64,000 nucleotides of DNA, taken from the human T2T-CHM13v2.0 reference genome, Homo sapiens. A model generated the notes under the pieces. The model searched no databases and had not been told where the DNA came from. It saw only the letters and a program-made list of their open reading frames with translations. Shown here piece by piece: positions 28,861-43,269 of the stretch. The position numbers were made by a program, and so were the translations under genes. Location of the stretch: the NCBI RefSeq assembly GCF_009914755.1, contig NC_060927.1, one strand, 5' to 3'. Positions within the stretch are counted from its first letter, which is position 1, and the number at the start of each line of letters is the position of its first letter.

Positions 28861-31009
28861 TGGCAGTTAGGTTGAAGAGTCTGCATCTTTTAAGACCGTC
28901 CCCTCTTAATAAGCTGGGTTATTAAGTAATCTTGCAACACACTGTTGTCAGCTAAAGCTCAAATTTGGCTTGGCAACCACACTTCAGTTTTGACACAGTC
29001 TTTCGAGGAATTCCTGAAATTAGTTTCCAAAACTGTAAATTTGCTGAGGCTATTTGGCTGTTTAACTATTGCTTCTTTTTATGCAGTGATTTAGCAACAG
29101 GTAATGTAACAATGCGGCAGGAAATCCTCACTACCCTGAGGTTTTATATTAGAGAGAAAAATATCTTTTGAAATCCAAACAATCTTTTCCAATATAATCG
29201 TCTATGAAATGTTAAATGGAAATCAAATTAGCACACTAAGGCTAAATTCAATTGTATATATAAATTCACTTGTAATATCATCAAATTCACATATTTATAG
29301 CTTATATTCTATCTATAAAACACCTGGAAAAGCCAATCACTATTTAATAAAATATTAACTTAAATTATTAACATAATGAGTGATGGATTTAAGTGATTTA
29401 AAAGCAAACACTTACTACTCACAATCCACCTCTGGATAAATTCACATGATCAAAACCTGAGTCAAGGTTCAGTTTAAAGAATGCCAAGTCCATCAAAAAA
29501 TTGCACCCAAGGGATTCAGGTGATGGAGGTGTTTTATGAGCACACACAAAACAAGTGATACACGTTTTTGTCTCCACTTAAGATGAAAGGAATTTTCTTC
29601 TTTGACCACAGTGTTTCACACAAGGTAAGCTTTTTATCTGATCTGAGGAGATCTTCTTAGTTCCCAGCTTTAGTTTATATTGCCTATTTGTTTAAGGCAA
29701 GTCACAGACATTCATTTTACAGCCCACAGTTCAAAGGTTCCCCTTAGAAAGGCTTCCTAATCCCTTTCTCTATTTTCTGGGCCTTGGTTTGTTTTCTTGC
29801 TCCTTTTAGGTTAAGGGCTTCGCAGCATTTAAGATTTTATCTTTTTTTGGTTTCACATTAATAAAGGTTTAATGATAATCTGTTTGCCTCAGCCTGAAGG
29901 CTTAGCAAAATTGAAACAAAGGAAAAGGGATTCTTATCTTACTAATAGTTTTTTGCTTGAGCAAAAATTATCCCTTCAGAAATTTTGCTTCTACAAAAGT
30001 ATTTCGTCAGAAGTTGCCGAAAGAAGCACTTTCACGTCTTTTACCCTGAAGAAGTTCTCCTAAGAAAAAGCAAATCATTACAAGAATCTAATAGAGGTTT
30101 TTAATTTTTATTTTTTCCTTTTTTGAAGGTCTGGCTGGTGGAGGGAGGCCCCCATTTTTCTTTATAGAATAGGAAAAACTTTCCTCCAGTCTTTGGTTCT
30201 TACGGTAATTAAGGAATAGAACTGTTTCTGATTTCTAGTCCATTCCCTTTCACTCGAGTCGTATTATTTTCTTGTCTGAAAAAACTTCTGATTTCACATC
30301 TGCCAACTACTCTTATTCTCATTAAAACTTCAGCTAAAAAACCTTTCTTTCACAAAGCTTTACCCTCTTAGAGAGGCCTAGCTGAAATTCCTTCCATTCT
30401 TTCGTATTAATTAAAAGCACCTTTCCCGTAGGCGGTTCCACTGTAAAAAATCATATTATAAAAATGGATAAAAAGCAATACGGTGAAAGTAGAAACAAAG
30501 GGGAGGGAAAATGAAAGTGGGAGAAACGGTTGCTTGTTTTGGAATCTGTAACTGTAAGCTCCTGGTGGGTGGATACTCGTACATTAAGTAACTAGTTTGG
30601 CTTTTAAGTTCACTTCTCAAATCTTTATTCACACTCTTTTCTTCTAAAATTGACAGAAGTACAGAAGGGAACATCACACAGTAAAACTAACCAGAATGCG
30701 TCCATCTGGCATGCCTTTCAGGAATCCAGCCCACTAATATTTGCTGTGGGTTTCATGACTCAACCCTTCAAGATGCCGCACAAGGAAGAATTTCCTCATT
30801 TTGCAGAACTGCCAAATCTCATTCACTGGAGCAAAGGCTCCTCATTTGGGGCTCATTTTTAGACAGTTGTTTCTCTGTTTATACATTGTAAAAATCTCCC
30901 TCAGCGGATGGAGTTTGTCATGCATTTCTAAATAGTGAGTAAACATATTCCTCCACTCCCTCCCGGCAGGACACACTTCAGCATTTTGGCCACTGAGCCT
31001 AGTTGAATT

Positions 31010-31270
31010 TCTCTCTCCTTCCTTCCTCCCCTCTTCCCACGCAGCCTAGCTTTATTCTTGCTTCCTTGGTTTTATTTCTTCCTCTCTTCCTCCCTTTTTC
31101 TTCCTTCCCTACCTTCAGCCACATCTTTCAGCCTCGTTTGTTCCTTGGAGGCTTTTATTCACCCCTCTTCCTCTCTTCTTTCCTCCTTCCCCCTTCTTCC
31201 TTCCCTCGCTTCAGCTACTTCTCTTAGCCCCGTTTGTTCCTTCCAGGCTCCACTTTCTTCTCTTCCATTG
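31010..31270. repeat. Pyrimidine-rich tract with a degenerate ~95-bp tandem duplication
   Basis: 'cttccttccct..cttcagc.ac.tct.t.agcc.cgtttgttcctt..aggct' occurs at ~31100-31153 and ~31196-31249. Confidence 0.8.
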
Positions 31271-31389
31271 GTAATTTGTCTAATTTACTCCACTTGAAAA
31301 AAGAAAAATCTTGATTTATATTCGTATCTTCTTCCATTCAAAACTGTTATCTAAGTTCCTCTTTATTATCTCCTCCCTCCTATTTTAAA

Positions 31390-31555
31390 ATAACAATTAA
31401 CATTTAGCGAGTGCTAAGTGCAGGCAGGATGCCAAGCTCTCTCGCAGTCTCTCTTGAGGGAGGTACCTTTATTATCCTGTTTCATGGATGAAAAACAAAA
31501 GCACAGAATTCAAGTAACTTGCGTAAGTCACGAAGCTATAACCAGGAATTTGGCT
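31390..31555 (-). mobile_element. MIR SINE
   Basis: 'taacatttagcgagtgct...ttattatcctgtttcatggatgaaaaac...aagtaacttgc.taagtcac'. Confidence 0.7.
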
Positions 31556-31799
31556 CTGCAAGCAATGGGCTTTAAAAATTCTTTTAAAAGTTTTATTAGA
31601 TTCAAAGACTATGTATAAAATATATGCAAATTATAAACGAAACATATCTTTTGATGGGCACCATGGGGGCAAGTTTCCAGTTTTGCCCATTAAAAAAAAA
31701 ATCCTTCCCAATTTTTGAGGCTTGTGCCATTGAACACTGCTGCCCGCGGCTCTTCTTCCCACTTGGCTCGACAAACGCGTCTTTTATTATGACTCAGCC

Positions 31800-31971
31800 C
31801 AGCCCGTTCCTTGCCAAGCGGCTGACGCTCGCGGCGGAGGCGCCGGGGCCGCCGCTCGGGGGCGAGGGTTCGCGCCGCGGCTCGCGCCCGCTTCTCCCGC
31901 TTTACGGCTGCTGAAAATCCGGCCTGGCCCGGCAGCCGTACCGCAGACGAGCCCGCGCCCGCGCCGCTCAG
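31800..31971 (+). other. Candidate non-coding first exon (5' boundary approximate)
   Basis: Lies in the CpG island with no ATG in 31800-31971. Ends at donor CAG|GTAATC (GT at 31972). Confidence 0.6.
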
Positions 31972-32307
31972 GTAATCGGAGTCCTTTTCTTTTCAAAGTT
32001 TTGCCAAAACAAGCTCCGCGCTCTGAGGCGGCGCGGCCTCGGCCGAGCGGTCCGTGTCTCCTTGCTCCTCCGTCCTACCCAAGCTGGCGCGACTGAGCTG
32101 TGGGCCGCACCCCTGCGCGGGGCCCGGGGCGCCGACCCGGCGTGAAGTACGGGGGCCGAGGGGCGCCCGGCCGGCGGCGGGTTCTGAGCGACTCCGCGGG
32201 GTGGCGCGCGGGGCACCTGGCTCTGGCAGTCCGCGAGGCGCGCTGGCCAAAGGAGCTCCCAACCCGCTCCAAGGCCCCCGCCCACCTCCCGAAGCCGCTT
32301 GTCTTAG

Positions 32308-32410
32308 GAGAGGAGCGTAGCAGCTCCGAGTCCCCGCTTCTGACACGTTCACACACGTATGCAGTGCACGCCGGCCAGGCAGCCCGACACGGCGCGCTAG
32401 CGGGGCGCAG
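32308..32410 (+). other. Candidate alternative first exon or second exon
   Basis: Donor CAG|GTAAAG (GT at 32411). Weak possible acceptor 'cttgtcttag|' ends at 32307. Confidence 0.4.
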
Positions 32411-33544
32411 GTAAAGAGCGGCGCCGCGGGCCCGCGCGTTCGAAATGGCGCGCAGCACAGTTCCGCCCCCGCGCGTGGAATGCCGCTCCAGTGGACGCCC
32501 AGGATGGCTTTCTTAAGGAAGTTTATGAGAAGCCATGGAAAGAGCAGCCTGGGATCAGAGCCTGCGCTGCTGGTTCTACCCTAACGTCTGGCTTACTACC
32601 ACATTTGCCCTACAGTTGCATTGCTTCATAGCTCGTCCTCCCTATTTTCCCCCACATTCTTTGCTTTTTTTTTTTTTTCATTTTTCCTTTGTATTGCGTC
32701 TCTTGGTGCCTTGTGTTCTTTTCCCCCTCACTTTTAGAATAGCAATTGAATAGCATACAGTAGCCTTTACATTTCAACCTATGGTCCTTAAGCTGTCTTT
32801 ATTTACTAGGGCTTGCATCCTGAGGAGTGTAAAGGATTAATTAACTGTGGATTAAGTTGCTGGACTGAAAGTTGTGTTGCAGTTATCCCTGCGGAACAGA
32901 AAAGATAGACTTTTTTTTTAACCACCCGAGAACCTTAAGATAATGGTGTTGCTTCTGTTGAAGGAATACATCTTGACAAACATTAAAAATTATGTCATAG
33001 GATCCTGTAGTATCCACTCCAGTGAGTTCGATTTGGTAACGGTTCTTTGTCATCTGTGAGTTAGATTCTGTGCTGACTGGTGACAGGTTAACAGAGAAGA
33101 GATTCCGTTCCTGTCCTCAGGAGAAGGGACCATGGTGAGCACTGGCTTAATCCTACGAAGTGCTCTGGGAGAATGGGGGAGGAAAAGCTTAAAAGGAAGA
33201 GTTGGGTTTAAAACTGGATTCTTGGTATTTTAAGTACGATTTTCACCATTTTTTCCCACACCCCAAGAATTCTTAATGGAAAGGGGAATTATTTTAACAA
33301 TACTTTCACCTTTAATTTTTTAGAGATTTTTTTTTCTCCTTTACAATCGGCAGTAATGTCTGATCTCAAGACTTATGGGAAATGTAAAAGTAACTCCTCT
33401 TAATAAGGATGACGTAATGCATTCCTGATAACATAAAAAGAGTATTAAAGACCTTTAATGTAGGACGACTAACAAGAATGAAATGTAATTTATTAATTGC
33501 TTACATAAAGCATTATTATATTTAGGTAGAACACTCAATACTTA

Positions 33545-35275
33545 TTAGTCAACAATTGTTTGTTGATTGCTTACTGCGTGCCAAGCAGTGTTCTTGACAC
33601 TGGAATAAAGCAAAGAAGAAACTTCTGGCTTCTTGGAATATACATTCTAGTGGAGGGAGACAGTATATGTAGTACATAAGAAAAATATAAGGTGAAACCG
33701 TAATAAGTGCTATGGACTTATTACATAAAGCAGGAAAAAGAGTGTGTGTTTAGTAATTTAAAATAGGATTTTACCGGAAGTCCTCTGGAGAAGGTGACAT
33801 TTCAGTAGACTTGAAGCAGTTGAGGGAGTAAGCCATATATTTGGGGCAAGAGTTTCCGGGCGCAGAGAAATAGCAAGTGCAGAGGCCGGGCACATTGCTG
33901 TGTTCAGGGATCAGCAAAGAAGCTTGTGTAGCTGAAGTGGAATGGAGGATAGAGGAGAAGTAGGATATGGGATTTTAAATGTCATAGGGGCCAGATAGTA
34001 CTACATGGTCTGCTAAGCTATTGTAATGATAACCTTTACTTGAAGCCATTTGGAGGCCATTGGAGCCTTTTGACAAGAGGAATGACATGATCTAACACAT
34101 CTGTTTGATACCATTACTCTGCCTACTGTATTGAGAACAGACTGAAGAAAGCAAGAATAGAAGCAGGGATAACAGTTAGGCTATCATAATTTATGTGACA
34201 GATCATGGTGGCTTAGACCCGGATGATAGCAGTGGAAGTGGTGAGTAGTTCATATTCTGTATATATATTTTGAGGGTGTATTCCTCAGGGTTTGCTGAGA
34301 GATAGGATATGGAATGTGAGAGCAAAAGAAATTAAGGAGAATGTAATTGCCTAAGCAACTGGAAAGATAAGAGTTTCTGTTAACTGAGATTGGAAAGAAC
34401 AGGAAGAAGATGTAATTGGGATTAAGAATCTGGATTTGGATATGTTAGGTGTTAGATGGGTTTTAGATATCCAAATGGAAATGTCAAGCATGCAGTTAGC
34501 TGGAAGACCAAGCTAATGGCATACATTTAGGACTCTTCATCATATAGCGGGTTGTAAAAGCGAAGAGATTGAATGCATCAAAAGTGTGTGAGTTTAGAAT
34601 ATTGAAGATGACCAGGGACCAGACTTTACGTCATAAAATCTGGTACATAATGGTGTACGTCAGCATTATGAGATGAGGAGAAACCAAAAAGGAGTCTGAA
34701 AAAGAGCTGCATTCCATGTAAAAGGGAAAGCAGGAGAATATGGAATCCTGGAAGTGTTTCAAGAAGTAGAGGGCTGATCAGTTGTTTTAAAGATGAGGAT
34801 TGAGAATTAATCTAGCAAAGGAAATCATTGATGACCATGATGTTGCCAGTTTTCATGGAGGAAGTAGACATGAAAGCTTGTTTGTAATGTGTTTGACAGA
34901 GTAGAAAGACATTGAAGAAGGTGATGGTATACATCACTTGAATATTTTTATTGAAAAGGGAGGGAGGAAATGGAGCGTTAGTTGTAGGACCAGATGATGT
35001 AAAGAGAGTTTTTTAAAGTGTACAAAACAATGGCATGTTGTGATACTAATGAGAAGGAGCCAATAGAGAACAAAAAATTGATGATGCAGGAGACAGAGGG
35101 GAATGCTGTTCACGAGGAGGTGAGAAAGGATACATGCATACAACAAGAGAGACTATCTGTTGCTAGGGTTATGAGCTATTTACCTAGAACAAATGAGAGA
35201 AGGAAAAGTGTGGGGGCACAGATGGAGGTGGGGAATGTGGATGTTCTATTTGGATCCCTTCTCTTTTCTCATTGT
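33545..35275 (-). mobile_element. L2 LINE (long fragment)
   Basis: Reversed L2 3' end 'caacaattgtttgttgattgcttactgcgtgccaagcagtg' followed by purine-rich L2 body ('gagaaggtgacatttcagtagacttgaag', 'gaggaatgacatgatct', 'ctaagcaactggaaagat'). Confidence 0.85.
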
Positions 35276-38200
35276 TTATGAGATCCAGGTGTGGTACATG
35301 AGAAATTTGTAGGAATCATTACCATTTTTTCCATTTGGTCAGGAATATTTGATGAAAGAATACTTTGAGATTCTAAGAATTGCTTGAAACAGAAAACTTT
35401 GTGCATTGTTGAGGACAGAAGGGGGATTTCTGCCTTGAGCTTTGCTTAGGAGAAGACTTAAAGAGAAAGTGGAGATTACAAGATAAAAGGGGAAAAGGAG
35501 GAAATAAGGCAAGCTAAATCATATGATGAAATCCCTGAGAAGGGATCTGATGAGGAAGTTAGCAACATTGAGTCTCACCTCCCGTGGAGCTTATAACTAC
35601 AGTAACGTTCTAAGAATATTACCGTTATTATCAAACAAACTCTTTTCTGTTTAAGTACCAAGTGTGATCAAATGGAGAACAGTGTTGTCACCAGTGGTCA
35701 GTCTAATTATAGAATGGTGGTATTAAATCTTGGAAGAGATGTTAGTTAGGATTAGATTTCAGATTGGATTTTGAAAATGTGAAAAACAGCGATTGGCAAC
35801 AAATATCATTTGAAAATGATGTGAAAAAGACTGGATTGGCAACATAGGTTGTAGATGTATGGTAGAATTTTGACAACATTACTCATAGATATTGAGCAGT
35901 TTGACAAGATGGAGAGAATTGATAGAGTTGGAAATGGAACCTTGTTTGAGATTTTTTTTTTTTTTTCAGTTATTTAGGGACCATTTGTTTCTTGAATTCT
36001 TACTATAAAACAGGGTTCTGCGTAAAGTCTTGGCAGGGGATGGTGATAACCACTATGTAAATGACATCATCTCTGCCCTCAATTTACCATTTTTAGTAGA
36101 GTGAGGAGAAGGGAATATATGTAAATATTGCAATACAATTGATAAATGCCTTATGAAGAGTACTGAATGCTTTTAGGTTGTTAGGTTTCCAAACATATTT
36201 CTTTTATTATGTAAATTATCAGACACGCAAAGGTAGAATAGTATAATGAACCCCAGTATATTCAGGAGTACGTCTCATTAGTCTATTTCATAATTCATAC
36301 AAAAGATTAGGAGTTAGGGGCCTATAATTATAGTCCCAGTTATGTCCCCAGGTAGTTTTGTGCCCATGTCTTTCCTGGCCTTCAGTTTTTTACTGAAAAA
36401 TGAGGAGGCAGCTCAAGATCATTTTTAAGGCTTCCTACAGTTCAAAAATATTTTGATTGTATAGTTTTTTACGTGGTACATTCAAAGAAATAGATGAGAC
36501 AGCTATACAGGAGAACTAGGTTTGTTAAGGGAAAAATTAAGCTCCCCTTCTACCTCTCTTTCCTCACACATATATAACTATTAGATGTCGGCATGCACAT
36601 ATGATGTAACTATAAAGTTGATGTGATTTATATGTGGTTTATTAAAATCTATAGTGATATTTGGTATATAGGAGTAAAATATATGACCTTATGTTTGTGT
36701 GTTTTCTATTTGTGTAACAGAATAGATATTTTTTCCCTTTGAGCCAAAAAACATGCGATTATATGAGAAGTGAGTCTTGATGAAGTCCTTGACCTCTCTG
36801 ATCTGCTCTGACCTGCATTGTGCCTAATTTTTTGTTTGTTTTACCAAACAAAATTTGATTCATTGCTTAATTTGTTTGCCAGTTAAAAGCAAACAGTATT
36901 CCTGAAATCAAGGTTTTCTGTTTTGCACTGTTGCATGGGATATTGATGTCAGACAAAATTGTAATTTAATTGTTTTGACATTTTGATCTGAGCAGTTCAG
37001 ATAAGAAAGGTGATTTATCTTGCCCAGAAACCTCATATTTTGAGCTCAGCATGAATTTTCCCTAACTGCTTGTTTATAAATGTGGTTTCTAAAAAATTAG
37101 ACTTTCATCATATTGGGAATTTATGCTCTGGGTATTAATTACCAAGGTACAATTTGATAGGAATATAGTAGAGATATTTTAATTTTTAGATGGTCAGTCA
37201 TGAAAAACTTCAGAAGTGCTATGAATCCTTTAAAAGAAAGTGAAACTTTCATACTTTCAAACTTATATTCTTTGTATATAATATCACATGTGAATTTTTA
37301 AAGTAGTACAAATGGCTTTTTGCTCTTTTACAATCTTGGTATATAAAATTACTCATGAAATTCTTTAGTTTTAGGATTTTAGCTATTATATTGGTCAAAC
37401 CTTATACTTTGCATAGTCTGTGCTTTTGTACTCCTGTTCATCAAGTACAATTATCATTGGTGATAAAGTCACTTCAAATAATGCATCCCTAAGTGATCAT
37501 GCTATCTCTTTAAATAGTATGTGTGTGTGTATGTGTGTATTTTCATTTCAGTTTAATATGGTACTCAGTAATTTGACAGTTTCTTGGGGCATCCAGTTCT
37601 AACAAGCCCTGTATCCTAGTCTCCACCTGGGGGCAGGGGGATTCATGTTTTTGGAATCAAACCTGTAACATATTTCCTGCATGGTTATAGAACTCTCAGA
37701 GTACTCAAACCAAAGTAAACATCTTCTGGGGCAGTATAACACTTTTTTGAAATGCTGGTTGTAGAAGCCAGCTTGAAATTTTTGATCACCTTCAGGTGAT
37801 AAAAGCCTTTTTCCCTATCTTCTTGGATGGAGGGATCTGATGAGAAGATGAAGATAGGAGCAACCTTAAGAAACCTTGTGGTTCTGGACCCCTTTTTTGC
37901 ATTTAATTTTGCTAGAGTTTTGGAAAACTTTAAAAATAATAACAAGGTATCTTCAAGTAAAATGGCTACTAATTATGCAGGAAACCTACTCTTGCCTTTA
38001 TATGTGTGTGAAAATACTTGTGTTACTGGCACTTGTTGAGATAAGACAATGTGAGAGATACATCCTAGAGAGGCTCTGTTTACAGGAGTTACATAATTCC
38101 TACATCAGCCCTTTTGTAATATGTCATAGTTTGAATATAGAGTGCCAGCAGTCATCTATCTTCTAAGAATTTTTCCAAAGAGACCCTAGTCTCTAGGGGA

Positions 38201-38475
38201 TTAATGGCTCCCTCAGAATAGGCCAGTCTGAATGATTTGTAAATTAACACTTAGGAGCTGGAAAACAAGATGATGCTTCTCTAACTGGGGTACTCTGAGC
38301 TTTGTTAGAGGGCTCCGAGCCATAGATAAATATGGCCATCTTCTTTTGTAAAACTTATTGCTATATTTTGGAGAAAGTAGTTAAATAATTTAACGGGTAA
38401 GTTAAATATTCAGAACCACTATTGAATGTGAATATGACATCCAGTGCAAAATACATGATTTTAAAAATAAAATTT

Positions 38476-38780
38476 GGCCGGGCGAGGTGGCTAACGCCTG
38501 TAATCCCAGCACTTTGGGTGGCCGAGGTGGGCGGATCACGAGGTCAGGAGATTGAGACCATTCTGGCTAACACGGTGAAACCTCGTCTCTACTAAAAATA
38601 CAAAAATAGCCGGGTGTGGTGGTGGGTGCCTGTAGTCCCAGCTACTCGGGAGGCTGAGGCAGGAGAATGGCGTGAACCTGGAAGGCGGAGCTTTCAGTGA
38701 GCCGAGATCACACCACTGCACTCCAGCCGGGGCAACAGAGCGAGACTCTGTCTCAAAAAAATTAAAATAAAATAAAAATA
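38476..38780 (+). mobile_element. AluY
   Basis: Diagnostic 'ggatcacgaggtcaggagat...ctggctaacacggtg' and 'gagaatggcgtgaacc'. TSD AAAAATAAAATT. Confidence 0.95.
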
Positions 38781-39064
38781 AAAAATAAAATTCAAAGTAG
38801 CTTCTTACTTGTAGTAGGTCTCCATAGACTATATTTTCTGACCCCAGGAAAGGATATAGGTTGGCATAAAGGTAGATAGTTTGTTAAACTTAACATTCAT
38901 CAAAATACTTATTATTGCTGTTATCTATCTGCTTTGGTTTGATTTGCTTTCCTGGTGTTTACCCACACTGATCTTTTAGATTTGTGGGAAAACTTTCCTT
39001 CTTTATTTTCCTCTGGCATTGAGATATGATTTCTGTGAGGTGCTCCATTTCCCTCTTCTCATTT

Positions 39065-39330
39065 TTTGCTTTTTATTTTGAAATTATTGACATACAGGAA
39101 TTTGCCAGAATGGTATGAAAAGGTACTGTGTTACTCTTTAACCAGTTTCTCCCACTGGCTACATCTTCCTAACCACAGTACAATATAAAAACCAGGAAAT
39201 TGACATTGATACAATGTGTGTGTATAGTTCTGTGTCATTTCATCTCATATGTAGATTCATGTAATCGTCACCATAATCAAGATATAAAGCTATTTCATCA
39301 CCACAAATATCCCTCTTACAGTACCCTCCA
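39065..39330 (-). mobile_element. L1MC-like 3' fragment
   Basis: 'aaaaccaggaaattgacattgatacaatgtgtgtgtatagttct...gtagattcatgtaatc..caccataatcaagata'. Confidence 0.7.
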
Positions 39331-39488
39331 AAAGAGGCACTGAAAGAATCAGAGGTATTTAATTTAGCAAAGGGATTATGCACTTTCTTCTAAGTTTTGT
39401 AGTTTTTATGCAAATGGTAGATCTTTTTGTATTTTGAATCATGAAGGAGAAAGATGAAATACTGTATTATTTTTAGAATGGAGGAGAA

Positions 39489-39967
39489 TGTTACCAAAAT
39501 GCCAGGGGTTCAGTCTAGATTCTATTGCTCACTGCACAGAAAGCCAATCAATGAGATGAGTATTGCCAGGGAAGAAGGCTTTAATCAGGTGCTGCACCTG
39601 AGGAGATGGGATATCAGTATCAAATATCTTCCCTGACTAAAATAGCAGGAAAGAAATGTAACTATGTGTGGGAAAACAGGAATTAGGGAGGAGTAAGGAA
39701 GAGAAGTTGGTCAGCAGGAAGCAGGTAGTCCGTTCAGGCAATCATGATGAGTGAGAGGTCTGGTGTCTTATTGCCCAGATGTAGTGATGTGGTAAGTTTT
39801 GGTTTTTCTTGCTACTGTCTGGGAAGCCTGGGGGTTGGTTTCCTGAGAAAGGAACTAAGATAAGACAAATGTAACTTTCTCAAGTTTTAAGACGGGGTGG
39901 ATCAATATCTATGTTAATTCAAAGAAACCATAAACATCAGTTCTATAGGATAATTGGACTGGTTTCA
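39489..39967 (-). mobile_element. ERV1 solo LTR (MER66-like), copy 1
   Basis: Runs TGTTACCAAAATGCCAGGGGTTCAGTCTAG to AAACATCAGTTCTATAGG...GGTTTCA. Flanks agaa/agag. Confidence 0.8.
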
Positions 39968-40921
39968 AGAGCTTAAATAGTTGTTATAACAGATAGTGTC
40001 ATCTGTGAAATAAGTTCTTGAAGGCTCAGTTTCAAATTATCAAGAACTTTGATAATTCGAGGTTAGACATTCATGTGCTTGAAGAATGGAACCAGTTGAT
40101 ATGGTGCAGTCTCATCCATCTGTGTGACTAATCTTTGTGTATGTGCTGGATTTAGCCAAATAAAACTTTAAAGAGAAAATGGTGGAGCAAATAGAGGGGT
40201 CTTGTTGAACTTCCTAAGTACCCACACAGCCTTCTAGCTTCTTGTGAAACCTAGAATTGGAGGAAGAAAAAACAAAAAACATTTCAGCACTAAAACTAAA
40301 AAACAAAAAACAAAAGCACTATTAATGATATTGTGCCACATTTAATTTTATAGGTGTTAATGTCTTTAACACCTACATTAAGATGATTTATTTTATTTAA
40401 CCAATATGTCATGAGGATAATTAGTAGTGTCTGAGAAATCCTTCTTGATAGATTTTTCTCAGAACTATTTCCAGACAATCACGATCCAAGATTTTAGTCT
40501 CATATATTACATAAACAGTATAAATGTATTGTCAAAGCACAGTGTACATGCATCTTAGTTTTAATAGTTTACAAGATATCTTTAGGTTTATTTATTTGAA
40601 AATTATGATTTATGTATATATGAAATAGGTATCTTCTGTCTTTTATTTTTGCTGTGCAAGCAATGCATTAAAGTCTGTTTGAAAGTTTGGAGATAATGTT
40701 GAAATTTTATACTATAATAGTCATAGCCACTTTTTCATTAGTCCTTCTCTATTCTTTTTAGGTTACCTGAATTAAGCAAAGAATTCCTGCCTCTCTTTTC
40801 AGTTTTTTTCTGTTACCTAAATGTTCCACATGATATTGTTATTGTAATGATATTTAAACATTAATTCCAGATCATTGTCATCTTCATTGTATATGTCTTA
40901 CCAATTTTTGAAAGTTAAAGC

Positions 40922-40952
40922 ATATATATACACACACATATATATACACAAC

Positions 40953-40990
<38 letters not shown>
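40922..40990. repeat. (TA)/(CA)n microsatellite
   Basis: Pure (AC)n at 40961-40987. Confidence 0.95.
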
Positions 40991-40991
<1 letters not shown>

Positions 40992-41108
40992 GTTTCTTTC
41001 ATTTGCTATACTTATTTTGAGTTGAGTACATAACAAGGCAAGGCAGAGAGTGAGTGTGTTTATGTTTTCAGATTTATTTGATCCCACCACTTGAAAAAAA
41101 TGTGAATT

Positions 41109-41926
<818 letters not shown>

Positions 41927-42778
41927 AATGTTTTTTCAAAATTTTTAATTTTACTTAGAATGAGAAAATAAATTTATTTTAATGGTTATTCGATCTTGGA
42001 CATTTTTAAGAGTAACACAAAAACTGCAATTGTGTTTGTACAGAAAGGGTTGTCTGGTTTTTACTTTCAACGAGAATAACATGGTATGATGACATATGTC
42101 TCTATCCTCTGTATGAACCTCAATTTGAGGATATGTCTGTGGATCCTGTAAGTACTGAGGGTTTAATTTATTGCTAATATTAGAGACAATGACAGTGATA
42201 TTCCAGTGACTTACCATTACCGATTCTTTCCTGGAATGGAGAAATTTGCTCTTGATTTCATTGCTGCCTGATTTATATCTTTTAAGAAGGTGGCTGTTCT
42301 TTTAGTTGCTCAGTATCAAATATAAAAATCTAATTGTGTGGGTTTTCATGTAATTGTTATCAAGAATTCAATTTTAAAGCAAGGAGAAAACTACATAACA
42401 GAAACTTGATATGTTTGTATTATAATCTAGGCATTTTCTTAGCATGTATCCAATTTGAACACCTCTAAGCATTTTTATAATAAAAAACACCCATCACATT
42501 GTGTTCAGGACAAAATAGTTACAAAACCTGTAAATTACTGTTTGGTTAAAAAAGGATTTGCCATTATACTAGTCTATATCTCTGATTATTTAAAGACATT
42601 GCTCTTATTCATGTGCCTTCTTTTCGGTTTACATATTTTTTGGAGGTAGTGAAAAAGAATCCTTTACTCATTTTTACAAAACACATTTTGACTACATAGC
42701 TCTTCCTTCACTTTGACATAAAGACAAAAATAATCAAAATCAATAAAACATTGTTAATTAATGTAGTGCTAAGGATAG

Positions 42779-43084
<306 letters not shown>

Positions 43085-43269
43085 GATAGTGGGAGTGTTA
43101 AAGAAGACAGACTAACAGACACCTGTTACTTTGGTGTCTGCATTTTAGTAGCTTTCTTTTAAGCAGTTGTAAACTGTGCTAGGGCATGTGCTTTATCTTT
43201 GTCTTGCACCTCATCTCTTCCTTGACCCACTTGTTATATGTATGACCACCTTTAAGAATTTTAATTTTG

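Larger units (their letters stand above)
31740..32510. promoter_or_regulatory. CpG island / promoter of an unidentified + strand gene
   Basis: Only GC- and CpG-dense segment in the window. Contains AP-1/ARE-type TGACTCAGC (31790-31798), YY1-like AAATGGCG (32443-32450) and GC box/EGR-type CCGCCCCCGC (32463-32472). Confidence 0.92.

Noticed and set aside
28655-28925. ORFs with YIYIYI repeats
   Set aside because: Translation of the (TA)n microsatellite.
31740-32510. Assigning a gene symbol to the CpG-island gene
   Set aside because: No coding exon is in the window and I do not recognise the UTR sequence. BLAT would resolve it.
31624-32753. Cluster of overlapping 69-127 aa ORFs on both strands
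   Set aside because: Arg/Ala/Pro/Gly-rich frames are expected from stop-codon scarcity in a CpG island. Most have non-ATG starts and none has a recognisable domain.
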